DNA of 64,000 nucleotides from Neoechinorhynchus agilis. Taxonomy: Eukaryota; Animalia; Acanthocephala. The position numbers and the translations under genes are program-made. Below are positions 34,612 through 47,765 of this stretch, one piece after another (position 1 is the stretch's first letter; the number at the start of each line of letters is the position of its first letter). The notes under the pieces are model-generated. The model was given only the letters and a program-made list of their open reading frames with translations. It searched no databases and was not told where the DNA came from. The stretch lies in the NCBI GenBank assembly GCA_051530055.1, contig CM121341.1, positions 3,941,761 through 4,005,760 of the forward strand. The letters are read 5' to 3'.

Positions 34612-35245
34612 TGGCCCAAGGGAATAAGAGGACCCAAAGGTGCATGGGTTCAATTCCTTTTAGCTAACAAACATAGTAAACGTGTTATTATTAATCTCAA
34701 CCCAAACGAACGTCTCTCGACCGGACCCATAATCAACTCAAAAATCAACAATCGCATTCATTGAACAAATTTGAACCCAACGGTTTATGAGGACCCAAAA
34801 GTACATCGATTCAATTCTTTTTATCTAACAAACATAGTAAAAGTGTTATTATTAATCCCCACCCAAGCGAACATCTCCGGACCGGATACTCCTAGCCAAA
34901 CGAACTTCCTCCTACCGGAAACGCACTCCCAAACGAAAATTTCTCGACATGAAGCGTAATCAACATCAAAATAAATAATCGCATTCATTGAATCAGAACC
35001 CGACACTTTATGAGGTCCCAAAAGTACATCGGTTCAATTCTTGTTATCTAACAAACATAATAAACGTAGTATTAATCCCCACCCAAACGAACGTCTCTCG
35101 GCCGGACATGTAATTACCTAAAAAATCGACAATCGCAATCAATGAACAAATCAGAACTCGACGGTTTATGAGAATCCAAAAGTACATGGGTTCAATTCTT
35201 GTTATCTAACAAATATAATAAACGTGTTATTATTAATCTATACCC
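34612..35245 (+). repeat. ~160-bp tandem repeat (3.5 units) headed by a tRNA-like A box/B box
   Basis: Units start near 34630, 34791, 35012 and 35170. The first unit has TGGCCCAAGGGAATAAG and GGTTCAATTCC. Confidence 0.75.
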
Positions 35246-35419
35246 AGGTGGAAAAGGCTTTAGAATCAGAAATCCTGGCAGAGAAAGCATTTTGGACTTT
35301 GCATCGACAAATAAACTTTGGATCACGAGCAATTTAAGAAAGAAGAACGACAACTTGTGACTTACAGCATCGGTGGTGGGAGAAAAACGCAAATCGATTA
35401 TATCTTCTATCCACAAGAA

Positions 35420-36760
35420 AAATGGAGAGAAATGAAAACCGTAAAAACTATACCGGTGAAACTTGCGCTTCTGAACACCGTTTACTGTGTATAAACCTGG
35501 AGATCAAGAACATCAAACGGCCCAAATACAGGATGCCTAGTAAAATCAAATGATGGCGACTTGATCAAACTCTATATCGTGGTGATCGATAATGCGGTGA
35601 CGAGGGACGTATGTAGAGTTTGCCATCGATTATTATGTGGTAGTAGTGTGGCAGCGCGTTGGTTGTTGTTAAGAAAGTGTTATGATAAAAGTTATCGGCA
35701 TTTCAAATCACGACATTGCGGATACGAGCATATGGTGGATTAAATCAGAGAAGGAAATTCGTAAAATTGGCAGAGAAACTCTTGGAATAACTACGAGTAG
35801 AAAAGGACCGAAGCAAGAAACTTGGTTGTGGAATGACGCGATGCAAAGGGCGATAACGGACCAAAAAAGTGCGAAAAGATGGATGCAGATCATGTTAGGA
35901 GACGAGAAAAAGATCTAAGAAAGCTGTGGCGACAGGAAAGCAAGAGGCAAATTCGATCTTCTATTCAAAGCTGCAAGAAGACAAAACAATGTCATATGGG
36001 TTCAAAGTGGTGAAGATCAGTGATCGATCGACATTACGAGGGTAAAACAAATTTAAAACAAAGATGGGAACATTTTGAGCGAAAAGAAGTTAAAGAAAGG
36101 TGAAAATAGTACTCCTATCAACTGCTGAACAGTAAGAATGGAGCAGAAAGAGTGCAAGAACCGAGGTCAAAGTTAAAGCAGCACTTTCTAAGATGAAAAA
36201 CGGGAAAGCGACGGGTCCAGACGAAATACCCATAAAGGTCTGGAATGTGCTTGAAGTTGATGCTGCTCAAGAGATACAGCTGCAGAAATTCGACAAATTT
36301 AAGTACTTCGGCTCTATAGCGTCGATGCAAAACGATATCTACGCCGCGATTTCATTGAGAATAAATAGCGGATTGATAAAGTGGAAAAGCCTAATTGGGA
36401 TCTTGTGTGATAGCAAAGTGCCTCTGGTGTTGAAAGGAAGAGTTTTCAAGATAGCAACCAGACCAGCCATGTTATATGGGGCGGAGAAATGGAACACCAC
36501 TGCAAATCAAATGAACATGATTAAGTGGATGTGTGGAGTGACCAGGCAAGACATTATTCCAAATAATGCGGTCCGGGGCTCAGCGAAGGTGGAGGACATG
36601 AAGGAAGCTATCGCGAAACAGAGGATCAAATGGAGCCATATGGTGAAAGGTGAAAAGCCGAATCGATTTATTCGAAAAGTTGGGGAAATTGAAATCGAAG
36701 GGAGCGCGGAAGGTCGAAAAAACTATGAAAAGAAAGTGTGGCTGGGGATCGACATTTAAG
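35420..36760 (+). mobile_element. RTE-clade non-LTR retrotransposon relic with large internal deletions
   Basis: MKNGKATGPDEIP, FKYFGS, KWKSLIGILCDSKVPLVLKGRVFKIATRPAMLYGAEKW, KWMCGVTRQDII. Confidence 0.85.
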
Positions 36761-36984
36761 AGAGAAACAGGGCGGAGGGGTGTGTGAAGTCTTAGTACTG
36801 CTAGTTTTTGTGCGACCTCGAGAAGGGAAAAGCATGAAGAAAGTTGTTGCTGTGGATGCTAGCTGTCGACCTAAAAATTCCAGAAGCTCGAATAATTCGA
36901 GTGCACCATATTCCGGAAGACGATGTGGACGACTAGGCGGTTGAAACTATGATTCTTAAATATTTGCGATCGAAACGGTTTTAA

Positions 36985-38207
36985 AATCGATTGTTAGTTT
37001 CTATTCGAGAAAACTTGAAGCTGTCTGCCAGTTCAAAGATGAACTTTTTTACGTGACACCTTAGTAAACGAACGAAATAGCTACCAATTCGATTTATTCT
37101 ATTTTTTTGTGAAGCTATTTCGCTTTTCATTCCTGTAAACATCCCGACGTTGCCAGTGTACTGGCAGCGACATCGAGCAAGAAGACTACATTGCTACATT
37201 TCACAAATTAATTTTTTTGAAAAATTATAGCGTGTGCCAAATAATTACACGACCCGTGAATTCTTCTGTTTTTTCGTACCTTTCAAATTGCCGTCCGTTT
37301 TGTATTGCGCTGCATCCGCTTTCCTCGCGTCGTTCTGTTTGTTCTCCGATGAATTGAGCGATTTAGGTGCGGATGGTAGAAGCTTCGAACCGATTTGAAG
37401 GCGTCTTAGCGCTTCATTGTAAGTAATCCTTTTGATTTTTCAATGTTTGTTATTAAACATTTCAATTGGTTCATTGACCATCGCCAAAAACACTGCCGAA
37501 GGAAAAATTACTCAAATGAGAAACCACGATTTTTTTAGCTCCATACGAGCTATCGGCAGTGTTCATATCGTTTCAATGATTTCTCAAAAGCAATGCCAGT
37601 TTCCTTGAAGTCCTCCTTTGTACTCGTAAACACATCATTATCTATAAATCCCAATTTCATTTAAATTTTTTTATATATTCAGTCGGACTTGAAGCGTGCA
37701 AACTTTCCATATCGAGCTGCGCTTCTAAGCCGCTTACAATTCCTTTAATGCTCAACAACCGTACGACAAATCGATCAGAAAAGCATAGTGAAGAAATCAA
37801 ATTTCATTTGCATTCATTTTATGGGAATCAAGTATGGAAACAGAGCTGTAGATTATTGCCTTCGTTCCCGCGACGGCGTCTAAGCGCCTCATTGTAAGTA
37901 ATATTCCTAGAAATTATTGGAAACGTCGTTATTCCAATTTTCTTTTAAAAATTTAGGACCTAATTAGTGAAATCAATCTGTTGCATTGCCGAATTCTTTA
38001 AGATTTATCGGTTGTGTAAAATGTTCTAGATGAACGTTTCTTATCCTCATTTGTGCCTTAAGATAGTCGTAGTAAATGTTGGTCTTGTAGTTTGATTAAG
38101 CGTCCTTTAAAAACGAATAAATCTGAGTTTGATCCAGACGAAGATTTTGTATTATCAATGTTCCATTCAATATCCAAAATACGTGCTATTTTTTAAAACT
38201 TTTTAAA
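36985..38207 (+). repeat. segmental duplication, copy 2 of 20600-21612
   Basis: Collinear match with small indels and a ~190-bp extra block near 37510-37700. Confidence 0.9.
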
Positions 38208-38660
38208 GAATAATCATGGGGATTAGTGTTTTGCACCGATTAAAATGACCCGCCGGTGGTTTAGTTTCCAGACATTTGCTGTCTCCCGAGAGGATCCACC
38301 CATCATTAAAGTTTGATCCCACGACATTCCCAACTTTAACATTGAAGGAGCGACTCCTGGATTAGGTAATTTGACAATGTTGAGTTTAGCAGGTTCAGAT
38401 TTAGTAGCGAGAACTACAGCTAAAAAGGTTGATAAATGTTATTGATAAAGGAATAATGCCGTCACTGGCATTGCCGAGACGTAGCTCTTAATGGCTTCGT
38501 CACGCCCAGTAAACCCAGTATCGGTGCCGCCGTCAGTCTTCGTCCAATCCACATTGGTGCCACTGTCGCTATTGACGCCCCTGTCTGCATTGGTGCCATC
38601 CGTCCCAATGTTTCGATTCCTTATAATTCCTTTTGCGGTCCTCGTAACGGGCGAAGAATA
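38207..38660 (-). pseudogene. decayed coding-like sequence of unknown origin, homologous to the hairpin arms at 57.7-57.95 kb
   Basis: One minus frame reads NIGTDGTNADRGVNSDSGTNVDWTKTDGG...DEAIKSYVSAMPVTALFLYQ*HLSTFLAVV... with few stops. Confidence 0.35.
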
Positions 38661-38701
38661 AATAGCGTGCGCGTTTGCAAATTAAAAACATTTGCTAAGT
38701 C

Positions 38702-39000
38702 GATTTTATTATGGGTTTTACTTGAAAATAGTAAATTATCTCCATGTAAAATCTATCATTAAGGCTAAATTAACTTGTTGCTAAGGATGGCCTTAAACTA
38801 ATGAATGAACGAAGCCACTTTCGGTTTCGCATCTTCATCCGTGCACCGTTCATCATTGGTACTTGTATTGTGAATATCTTCGCTGTCCACTTCGCAATTT
38901 GTGCAGTCGTTGTCGCAATGTTAAGGATTTCCCTAAGTTCAGAAGTAGGCATACGATTCTGCAGCAACTCCATTTTCACTAATAATCGATTTCACGGTAA
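38702..39000 (-). pseudogene. diverged 3' remnant of a fourth member of the mucin-like family
   Basis: 38702-38850 matches the 3' end and 3' UTR of copies A-C; the upstream part is an unrelated short acidic stretch. Confidence 0.7.
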
Positions 39001-39242
39001 ATGTAGATGGCGTCAAAAGTATTCCTAATATGGCATTTTAAACATTGCACATGAATTCGTTGCAGTTTGACCTGAATCCGTCTATCATGTTGGAGGTCTT
39101 GATGCACCCGCACTCGATCGACAATATAAGACGGCAGAATATTATTTCGAAAACATCGTCTGAGGAACATGATCCGTTGCTCGCCAACTTTAATCTCTCC
39201 CCCATCGCAGCCGAAAATATCGATTTCTCCAATCGCATGTTG

Positions 39243-40988
39243 ATAATAGCGAGAACTGCTGCTTTGTTTCCAAGTCGCATGTTAAATCAATCTTTTTTTA
39301 TATATTTTGACAACCGACCGGAACAAGACTTGCTATTTTGGCCGAGCTTTCGTCGTTTTACGACTTCGACAAGGGGCCCGCATGCAGGATTTCTCAACTC
39401 CTGCCAATGGCTGTTAGTCCGTTGATACAGAGGACGGTCTTATATGTGCGAAACGTCGAAGGGTTGCTTGAAATCCTACAAACAATACATAGGGATCTCA
39501 CAAATTGTCGTGTGATGTCCTTTGACTTTGAATCGCTCTATACAAACGTAAACAATAACGCAGCAGTAAGAGCGCTGGAGAAGATGTTGCACAAGTTCAA
39601 AGACGAGGTCAATCTCTTTGGGATGCAGCCGGCCGATGTGATTCATCTCACACGGATAGTGCTAGAGTGCAACCTCTTTCAATGCGGGAACCGCTACTAT
39701 CGGCAAATTCACGGACTGTTTATGGTTAATAGTATAGCTCGTGTCTTAGTTGTCATTTTCCTGAATGATTTGGGAAGGCAAAGCATCTTCCCACACTTAG
39801 CGTCGAGTCAGATTTACCTCCGCTATGTGGATGATGTTCTGTTCACCTACACGGAAGATGATCGAGTGAACGCCGTGCAATGTCCGTTGAATTCCATGGA
39901 TGCAACAAGACGAATAAAAGTAACTAAAGACAATCCGTCGGATTACCTTCCTTTCTTGAACATGTTGTTAAATGTCAATGATCGAAGGGAATTCATTTGT
40001 ATCGTAAGCCATGCCGGAAGGCGATAGTTATACATCGCGATTCCCAAAACGCCCAAGTTATTAAGCAGGCAATTTACACCCAGATGCATAAGACCGCACG
40101 AAGTTGCCCATCATCCGATGCAAAAGTAAGGAAATCAAGCAGCTTCAAATGCGTTCAGAAAGGGTAAATCAGCAAGGAAGCGATGGTTTTTACGAAGAAT
40201 CAGTCCGACGTCAAGCCGATTCTGAAGATACCGTTTGTCAGCGAGCAATTTACGAGCGACGTTAAACGACTGCTGCAAAAGTCGGGACTGGATGTACGCT
40301 TAGTATACCGAAATGCACCCACCCTGCGCCGAATACTGACGAGGAAAGGGCATCATGAATCGCCCAGTGAATGTCCAAAATCATGCATGGTGTGCAGCTA
40401 TTCGCCGGGCACAAGCAGGGACAAGAAAGGAGAACGAGAAGTATCTCTTTGTAGCCGTAGCAACGCCGTTTATTAAATCTCGTGTGAACGATGCAAGGCA
40501 GATGCCAATCGAAAGTTTTTTATATCGGGAAAACAGAACGACCGTTGTACAAACGCGTCACTGGACACGTCCGCAATGCGCTGAACCTCAATGCACCATC
40601 GTACCAAACGACACCATGGGCCGAGCATTATTTGCGTGGTCATCCGGACGGGGAAATACAGCTTTCCACGGATATTGGGTATATTTCCCAGGATCCGGTG
40701 GATTTGGCGATCACGGAGGAACTGCTGATCTCTCTTGTGAGACGAAAAGGGTGACTCGTGAAGGTGCTCAACAAGGGGATGAGGAAATATAGACACACCT
40801 CCGTCCATGATGTTATTGTGTGTTGGCATAATATGTCCACCTCGTGTTTTAGACGACCCTGTCGAACTCGTAAAACGACGAAGGCTCGGCCAAAATAATG
40901 AAAATCTTGTTACGGTCGATTGTCAGAGTATATAAAAAGAGTGATTAAACCTGCGACTGGGAAACCAAGCAGCAGTTCACGCTATTAT
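39243..40988 (+). mobile_element. Penelope-like family 1 element (RT plus GIY-YIG, disrupted) bracketed by ~135-bp inverted terminal repeats
   Basis: SFDFESLYTNV, YLRYVDDVLF, LPFLN and GIY-YIG motifs; 39243-39378 is the reverse complement of about 40855-40988. Confidence 0.9.
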
Positions 40989-41120
40989 GATTTTATTCTG
41001 GGGTTTACTTGAAAATCGTAAATTATTTCCACGTAAAATCTATCACTATGGCTAATTTAATTTGTAGCTAAGGATGGTCTTAACTAATGACTGAACGAAG
41101 CCACTTTCGGTTTCGCACCT

Positions 41121-42654
41121 TCATCCGTGCACCGTTTTTTGAACATTGCTGACATCATAGTCGTCATCATAGTCGTATTCATCGCTACTTTCGTCGTCAT
41201 AGTCGTATTCATCACTACGGTCATCGTCATATTCCTCACTGCCGTCATCGTCGTATTCATCAATACGGTCATCGTCGTCATCCTGTACTTCATTGTCGTC
41301 ATCATCCCAACCGTCATCTCTGCTATCATTATCGCCGTCCTCGTAGCCGTTTTCGCCCTCCTCAGTAGTTCTTTCCTCTGAAGTGTTAGTCTCCGCTGTG
41401 AATGTTATTCCCTCGGAAGTAGTAGTCTCATCTGCGGTTGTTGTTTCAGTAGTGAAAGTCTCCTCTGTGGTTGTGGTCTCCTCCGTATTTGATTCCTCTG
41501 TCGTTGTGGTCGCCTCATCAGTTGTTTCTTCTGTAGTCGAGCTCTCTTCTGTTGTTGCTTCTTCAGTAGTGGTGGTCTCCTCTGTTGTTGTAATCACCTC
41601 CATAGTTCTTTCCTCTGTTGTTGTTTCTTCTGTTTTTGTTATTTCCCCTGGGCTTGATATTTCCTCTGTTGTAGTAGCCTGCTCTGGGGTTGTTGTTGTT
41701 GCTTTTGTAGTGGTCTCCTCATTGGTGGTCTTTTCAGTGAATGTTTCTTCTGCTGTGGTAGCATCCTTTGTTGTTGTTTCCTCTGTAGTGCGGGTCTCCT
41801 CAGTAGATGTATCCTCTGTTGTGGTATCCTGTGTTTTTGCATTTCTTCTGAATTTGCCATTTCATCTGTAGTTGTTGCTTCTGTAGTGGTCTCCCCTTGG
41901 TGGTCTCTTCAGTGGATGTTTCCTCTGATGTGCTAGTCTCCTCCGTAGTTGTTTCCTCTGTTGTGGTATCCTGTGTTTTTTCTATTTCCTCTGAATTTGC
42001 TATTTCATCTGTAGTTGTTGCTTCTGTAGTGGTCTCCCCGTTGGTGGTCTCTTCAGTGGATGTTTCCTCTGATGTGCTAGTCTCCTCCGTAGTTGTTTCC
42101 TCTGTTGTGGTATCCTGTGTTTTTTCTATTTCCTCTGAATTTGCTATTTCCTCTGTGGTTGTTGCTTCTGTAGTGGTCTCCCCATTGGTGGTCTCTTCAG
42201 TGGATGTTTCCTCTGATGTGCTAGTCTCCTCCGTAGTTGTTTCCTCTGTTGTTGTTTCCTCTGTTGTTGTTTCCTCTGCTGTGCTAGTCGCCTCCGTAGT
42301 TGTTTCCTCCGTTGTTGTATCCTGTGTTTTTGGTATTTCCTCTGAGTTCGCTATTTGCTCTGTTGTGGTAGTCTCCTCTGTGATTGTTTCCTCTGTGATT
42401 GTTGTCTCCTCCATAGTCGTTGGTTGGGCTGTTGAAGATTTTCTGCTATTTGGCTGACAAAATGTTAAAATATATTGATTGCAATAAAGGTCGGAATTAT
42501 AGTCATCTTGTTTTCCGGCGTTGTGAGGCTCAAATTTTACTGAAAAGTTGTTCGGAATTTGTGTGTTGATGTAATCACTTTGTGAAGGTAATCCTGCAAC
42601 GAGGTGAATCATGGTAGCAATTAGGGCAATTGTTATTAGTCGAATGATATCCAT
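41121..42654 (-). pseudogene. mucin-like family copy B, interrupted by two single-base deletions (pseudogene or sequencing error)
   Basis: Same signal peptide and termini as copies A and C; frameshifts near 41897 and 41841; recent 144-bp internal triplication. Confidence 0.8.
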
Positions 42655-43649
42655 CGTTTTTGTGGTGATTCGTGTTCAATACATTCCATAGAGACTTTCG
42701 TGAGGCTTTATCTTTCCTGTGTGTGTCACAAACTCCGCTTCATATGTTGATCGTTGTTGTCGCATTGATAGAAAGGGAGATATACTCAGTTTACTTTATT
42801 GCGTCTAGGTTTGTTTTTATTGACAAACATTTGTGTTTGTTTATTATACTGGTACAAACACTTGACGATTATATTTTTGTTTTTTATAGCTCTGAATATT
42901 TATGTGTTTTTATTCTTCCAACGTAATTTTATGAGTAATGTTGAGGTCCGGTAGATTTTTTGTATAGTATTGCCATGAAATTTTTTCTAAAAGCGAAAAT
43001 CTCTCAAGTAACACACTCCCAATTCTAAATCTTGACAAACGACCCGCCATTCATCATTTATCCATCCTCTTCAATGTTTCTTTGGTTTCTCTGGTTTTGT
43101 TTGTTCGATGGATTCGCACGCTCGAGAATTAACATTTTATTTTTATTTATCACTAGAACAGCCCTCCCAAGTGTCCATTTAAAGATAAAGTTTGATAAAT
43201 TTGGAATATAAAAATAGTCTTGCGTGAAGCACTTCATTAGAAAGTCTTGTGTTCAATGCACGAAAAATGTCTATGAAGATCTTGGCCCGTTACTAATTTA
43301 GCATTAGATCGTTCAACTTTAGCTTACTGCAATCAACCGCAAACATACACCGTTACTCTTCTTAATTAAGCTCAAAATTAACATTTTATTTGTCTTTATC
43401 ATTGCTACGGCGAACCCAAGTGTCAATTAAAAATTAAATTTGATCAATCATGCAGCTGGAAAGTTAAGTAGTATTTCGCTAGACCTTGCTATTAAAGGTT
43501 TGTATTTTATGATGGTTTATAATCGAAACCCCAATAATTACACTTGATTCGGACATGTCGCGCAATTTTTTTGTTAAAAAACTGCGCTCTGACACAAATT
43601 TCGAATAATAGAGATTTATGCAACCCCGATCCTCCAGATGACCGATGAG

Positions 43650-45660
43650 GGGGTTAGATGGAGGTTGATTTTGATAATGCGAAGGAACCTTCTCTAGAAA
43701 GAGGAATGGAAGTGGATGAGGATCCTGCTAAGGTTAGTTATGAGTGCGTGCGGTATCCAAGTTACCCCGAGAAAAAGGTGGTTATTGATGGTAATGTTTT
43801 TCTGCCCCCCCACCAAAGAAGGAATCTGAAGGAAAACTGCTCAGAAAATAAAGAAGATGTGGTGGCTATGACGGATAACGTTTTTTTCGGACCCTCACCA
43901 AGTCTACAGTCGGCAAAGGGGTGAATATGAGACTGCGCGTCTCAAGAATAATGGGTTCTCGGCCCCCCATCATGATTTGGGTAACTTGAGGATGGGAACA
44001 GCATTCCAGAGATTGCCTAGACTAAAAGAGGACTTCTGAATAAGAGTAAAAAGAGAAAACTTGGGAACTTTTACGATAAACTGTCTAATAAAGGAATATT
44101 ATAAAAAGTTCTTGGAACCTAGTAAGCTTACGAAACAGCAGGTATTCCAAATTAAAAAAGCGGTGAACACCAAATGGGTAGTTTTTGTTTTTTTCTTCGG
44201 AATGGAGGGCTTAAAAAGTTTTAAAGGAATTTTTGAGGAAAAGAAAATTACACTTGACGATATATCTCCGAGATCTACTCTTCTTATGCTTAATCCACCC
44301 CCAGACCTCAGTAAGGAAGAGTTCCAGGAAATATGAAAGGTGTTTGGCGTTGACCCAAATAAATATTTAAGAAAAAATCCAACAATAGATCCATAATGCG
44401 ATTTTAGCTGCGGGAACCCAAGACACGATTAATAAAATTAAAGGGCGGAATTTTCCGTTTTTGGCTTACTGGATAGAATTTCCAAGTCAAAATAAAACAT
44501 CAATACATGATTTCATTCTAACCCAATGCGAAAAGTGTTGTCAATGTGGGCACAGAACCTGGGAGTGCAATAACGAAATCAAATGTATGTTTTGCTCAGA
44601 AAACCATGGTAAGGAACAATGTAGTAGCAATAATAGACTGTGTTGCCCTAACTGCGGAGCAGGGCATCAAGGTATCAGGAGAGTATGTCCTGCCGTTATA
44701 AGATATTGGAAAAGTGTCAACAAGGACACATCTTCAGGGAATGACTGGGTAGGATTTAAGCACAACCAGACTTCCTGGCCCGAAATCAATGAAGATAGGT
44801 ATTTAGAGAGAGAGGTGCAGTCCCTAGCAAGTAAGATAAAAGAATTGAACGAAAAAATGGTAGTATTAATAGGTGAAATTGACAAAAAAGATAAAAAAAT
44901 AGACGAACTGCAGAAGGAAAACGGGAGTTTAAAGGCGGAACTAAGAAAGCGAGAAGGCAGTGAAGCTTCATTAGAATCAAGTTCAGATATAGAGGAAATA
45001 GTAATTACCTCTGGTAACAGTGGAAAAGTGGCGCAACCAGAAAAGCAAATTACAAAAAAAGAACAGGGGAGGGAACATAATATCAAATAAAAATGGAAGC
45101 ACGGGAGGTAAGAGGGGGAAAACCTCATGATCAAACATAATTTAATACGATAAGGCCCATAAATTACCTAAATCATAATTTTAATATTATAACATATAAT
45201 ATTTCGAAAATTTCAACATTATCTAATTTCTTGAAACAGGCGATAAATTGGGACTACGAAATTTTTTGTATGCAGGAGACAGGGGAACAACCCCTTATTG
45301 AAAACTTGGATTACATTACTGTAGTATTAGCCCCTATAAATAATGGTAATTCCCCTAATAATGAAATGGGTTTCTCGGGAGTATTACAAACAACGGTTCA
45401 TAAGCCCCTCTGTCCAAAAATTATTAGTGCAATCCAAAACCGTAAACTATGCCATCCAAATAATTTCTATAAGTAATTTTTAAAGGAAGAAGGCTCTAAT
45501 CGGGCTAGACTCATTCTAGGCAACTTATATATCGCCCAAAAAATATTTTTCAAAAAAACGTAGAGAAATGGTTGCTAGAATGGAAACCGGACTTGGTACT
45601 GGGGGACTTCAACTCAAATATAGCGGTGGCACTGAATCACTGGTCTTCGAACTATAACGT
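43650..45660 (+). mobile_element. Jockey/I-type non-LTR retrotransposon 5' part: ORF1 with CCHC knuckles and start of the APE endonuclease
   Basis: CCQCGHRTWEC...CMFCSENHGKEQC...CPNCGAGH followed by a coiled coil; then NIITYN, IFCMQET, LILGNLY, VLGDFNS. Confidence 0.85.
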
Positions 45661-46653
45661 TCATATGTCGAGCTCACCCACCTTCCACTCGAAAAACTCC
45701 CACTTGTAGTTCAACACAAAAAAAACCAACGCTCGCTGTTTTCTAGTTGTACCCCATGCACCACGCGTGCCGCCACATATTTGTATTTCTTCTCATAAGT
45801 CTATAAAATAGATTTCCTTCCAGTTTAATCACATTCTTATTTTCACCCACATGCAAGTCAAAATATTCGTACTCAAACAAAAATAAGCTTTAATGTACCA
45901 CTAAAAGTACGTTGCCTTTGTAAATAAGGGAATAGAGATTCTCGCCCTACTCACGATCTTTTGTCATTGCCCATTCGTTTACTTTTGTGAGATTCGTAAT
46001 GAGCTTGCCTTAATGTAAACATAAAGAAAATTTTTGTTTCGTGGAATTTGGGGTCCTTACTTATAGTAGCCGCAAAATGGACAAAATATTTGAGAACTGT
46101 TAACGAGAACCCGAGCTTTCTGGAGTTTAATAAAATTCAATTAAAATCCATGCTTCAAAGAAAGGTTGATAAGCAATTATAGCATGAGAACGATTCAGAT
46201 GTATATATACATTATTATTTAATTTTAATTTGATTGAGGACATTAACGATTATACTGCTTGCTTGCTCTTCCCTATCAAAATATAGAATGCTATAGTAGA
46301 GTTGCGTTAAAGTTCAAGTGCGTGAAGAAAAGTCGATGGGTAAAATCTTTACAGCATTATCTTTTAGACTATTTAGAAAATGCGTGAAAACCGCATTAAA
46401 ATTTGCCTTTTAAAGAGCACTATCATCACCCAGATTTTTAGTATAAAAATCATCACTTTCTTTTTAACAAAATGTTATTAATTTAAAAAAGTGTGACCTG
46501 AAGATTGTAAATTAAAATTTATAGAAATTTGAAACATACATACTAAAATTGTAGCACTTTAAAGAAGAAAATTTAAAGTTGGGACTTGACAGGGAATACA
46601 CATTTAAAAAATTACATGTTTTATTAGTAACCAAAAATAAAGTTTCCTTGCAT

Positions 46654-47383
46654 TCAATCAAACCAATATTGGGATGTTCTGCACAATATTGGGTAGACCT
46701 TCATTTCCAATACCACGCCGTAAAATTTAGCATTCACAAGCTTATAACAAGGATTTTCATGGAGCTCATCCAGAAAACGGTTTCTGTATCCTGTTTTGAA
46801 ATCATAATGCTCCTGACCATTACAAAGACGATAATTGCAGCGATCATTATTATCCCAAAAACCAGAGTTATTAATCGATGCTGGGTTGTCGCAAAAACAA
46901 ATTGCAAAATCCACCGATTTAACTTTTTCCCAAAGTTGAATCTCAAAAATAAATCGACTTGTTCGGCAATCGTATGAATTTTTTAAGTAGTTTGTGTCCA
47001 ACTATTGACGGTGTAACGAATAAAAACTCGTTTTTCGAAGATATGATTATCTAAAAGTTTTATTTGACCCGTTACTTTTTCCTGATATAATGTCGCTTTT
47101 TCAATACCTACATGCTGAACTTCCAATCGCCTTTGAAAAGTTTGTATATTTGTATAATATGTAAGATTGCACATTTGGAAAGCAGTTTGAACGAAGAATT
47201 TGTTCTACAGAAACAAAAGCATTGAAGGTTTTGAACTCGATATGTGCACGTAAGCTCATTACCTCGAGAGAGAATGATGAAGGAATCAAATAATGTGATT
47301 GACTGGATGGTAATTAGCTTTTCATCCTTAATTTTACACCATAAAAATTGATGCTTGATCTCATTAAGAAGATTTATGGCCAT
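46654..47383 (-). pseudogene. PPP1R3: PPP1R3-like glycogen-targeting PP1 subunit (CBM21 domain), apparently frameshifted
   Basis: TFQRRLEVQHVGIE...VTGQIK...IFEKRVFIRYTVNSW and SRFIFEI...VDFAICF...FWDNNDRCNYRL match CBM21 motifs but lie in different frames (break near 46995). Confidence 0.65.
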
Positions 47384-47765
47384 GAATGGATGCGACCTAT
47401 TTGTGTGACAATCAGGAGATCGGTTTTACAACTAAAGACAATTACGCAAAGAGCGGAAAATTGCTTAAGTTTCTCAATTTAAAACAGGAATTATTGTTTT
47501 CAAAAGAGTAATGGCCACCTCGCCGAACATGGAAATATCCCGACTAAAGACTGTATCGCAGATAATAAAGCAGTTTGTAGTTAACAAACCGGTTACTTTT
47601 TTTAGTTTTACATTGCTCGATGACTCACTGGTATACGACAGCAAAGAACGAAGTAGATTTAACTCGCCGCTGGTTGCAAAAAGCGAGACTTTGTTCTTAG
47701 AACGAAATACCTTTAACTAAGCGTTGGTTCTAAATAACGAGACTGTTCTTAGAACTCAAATCTTA

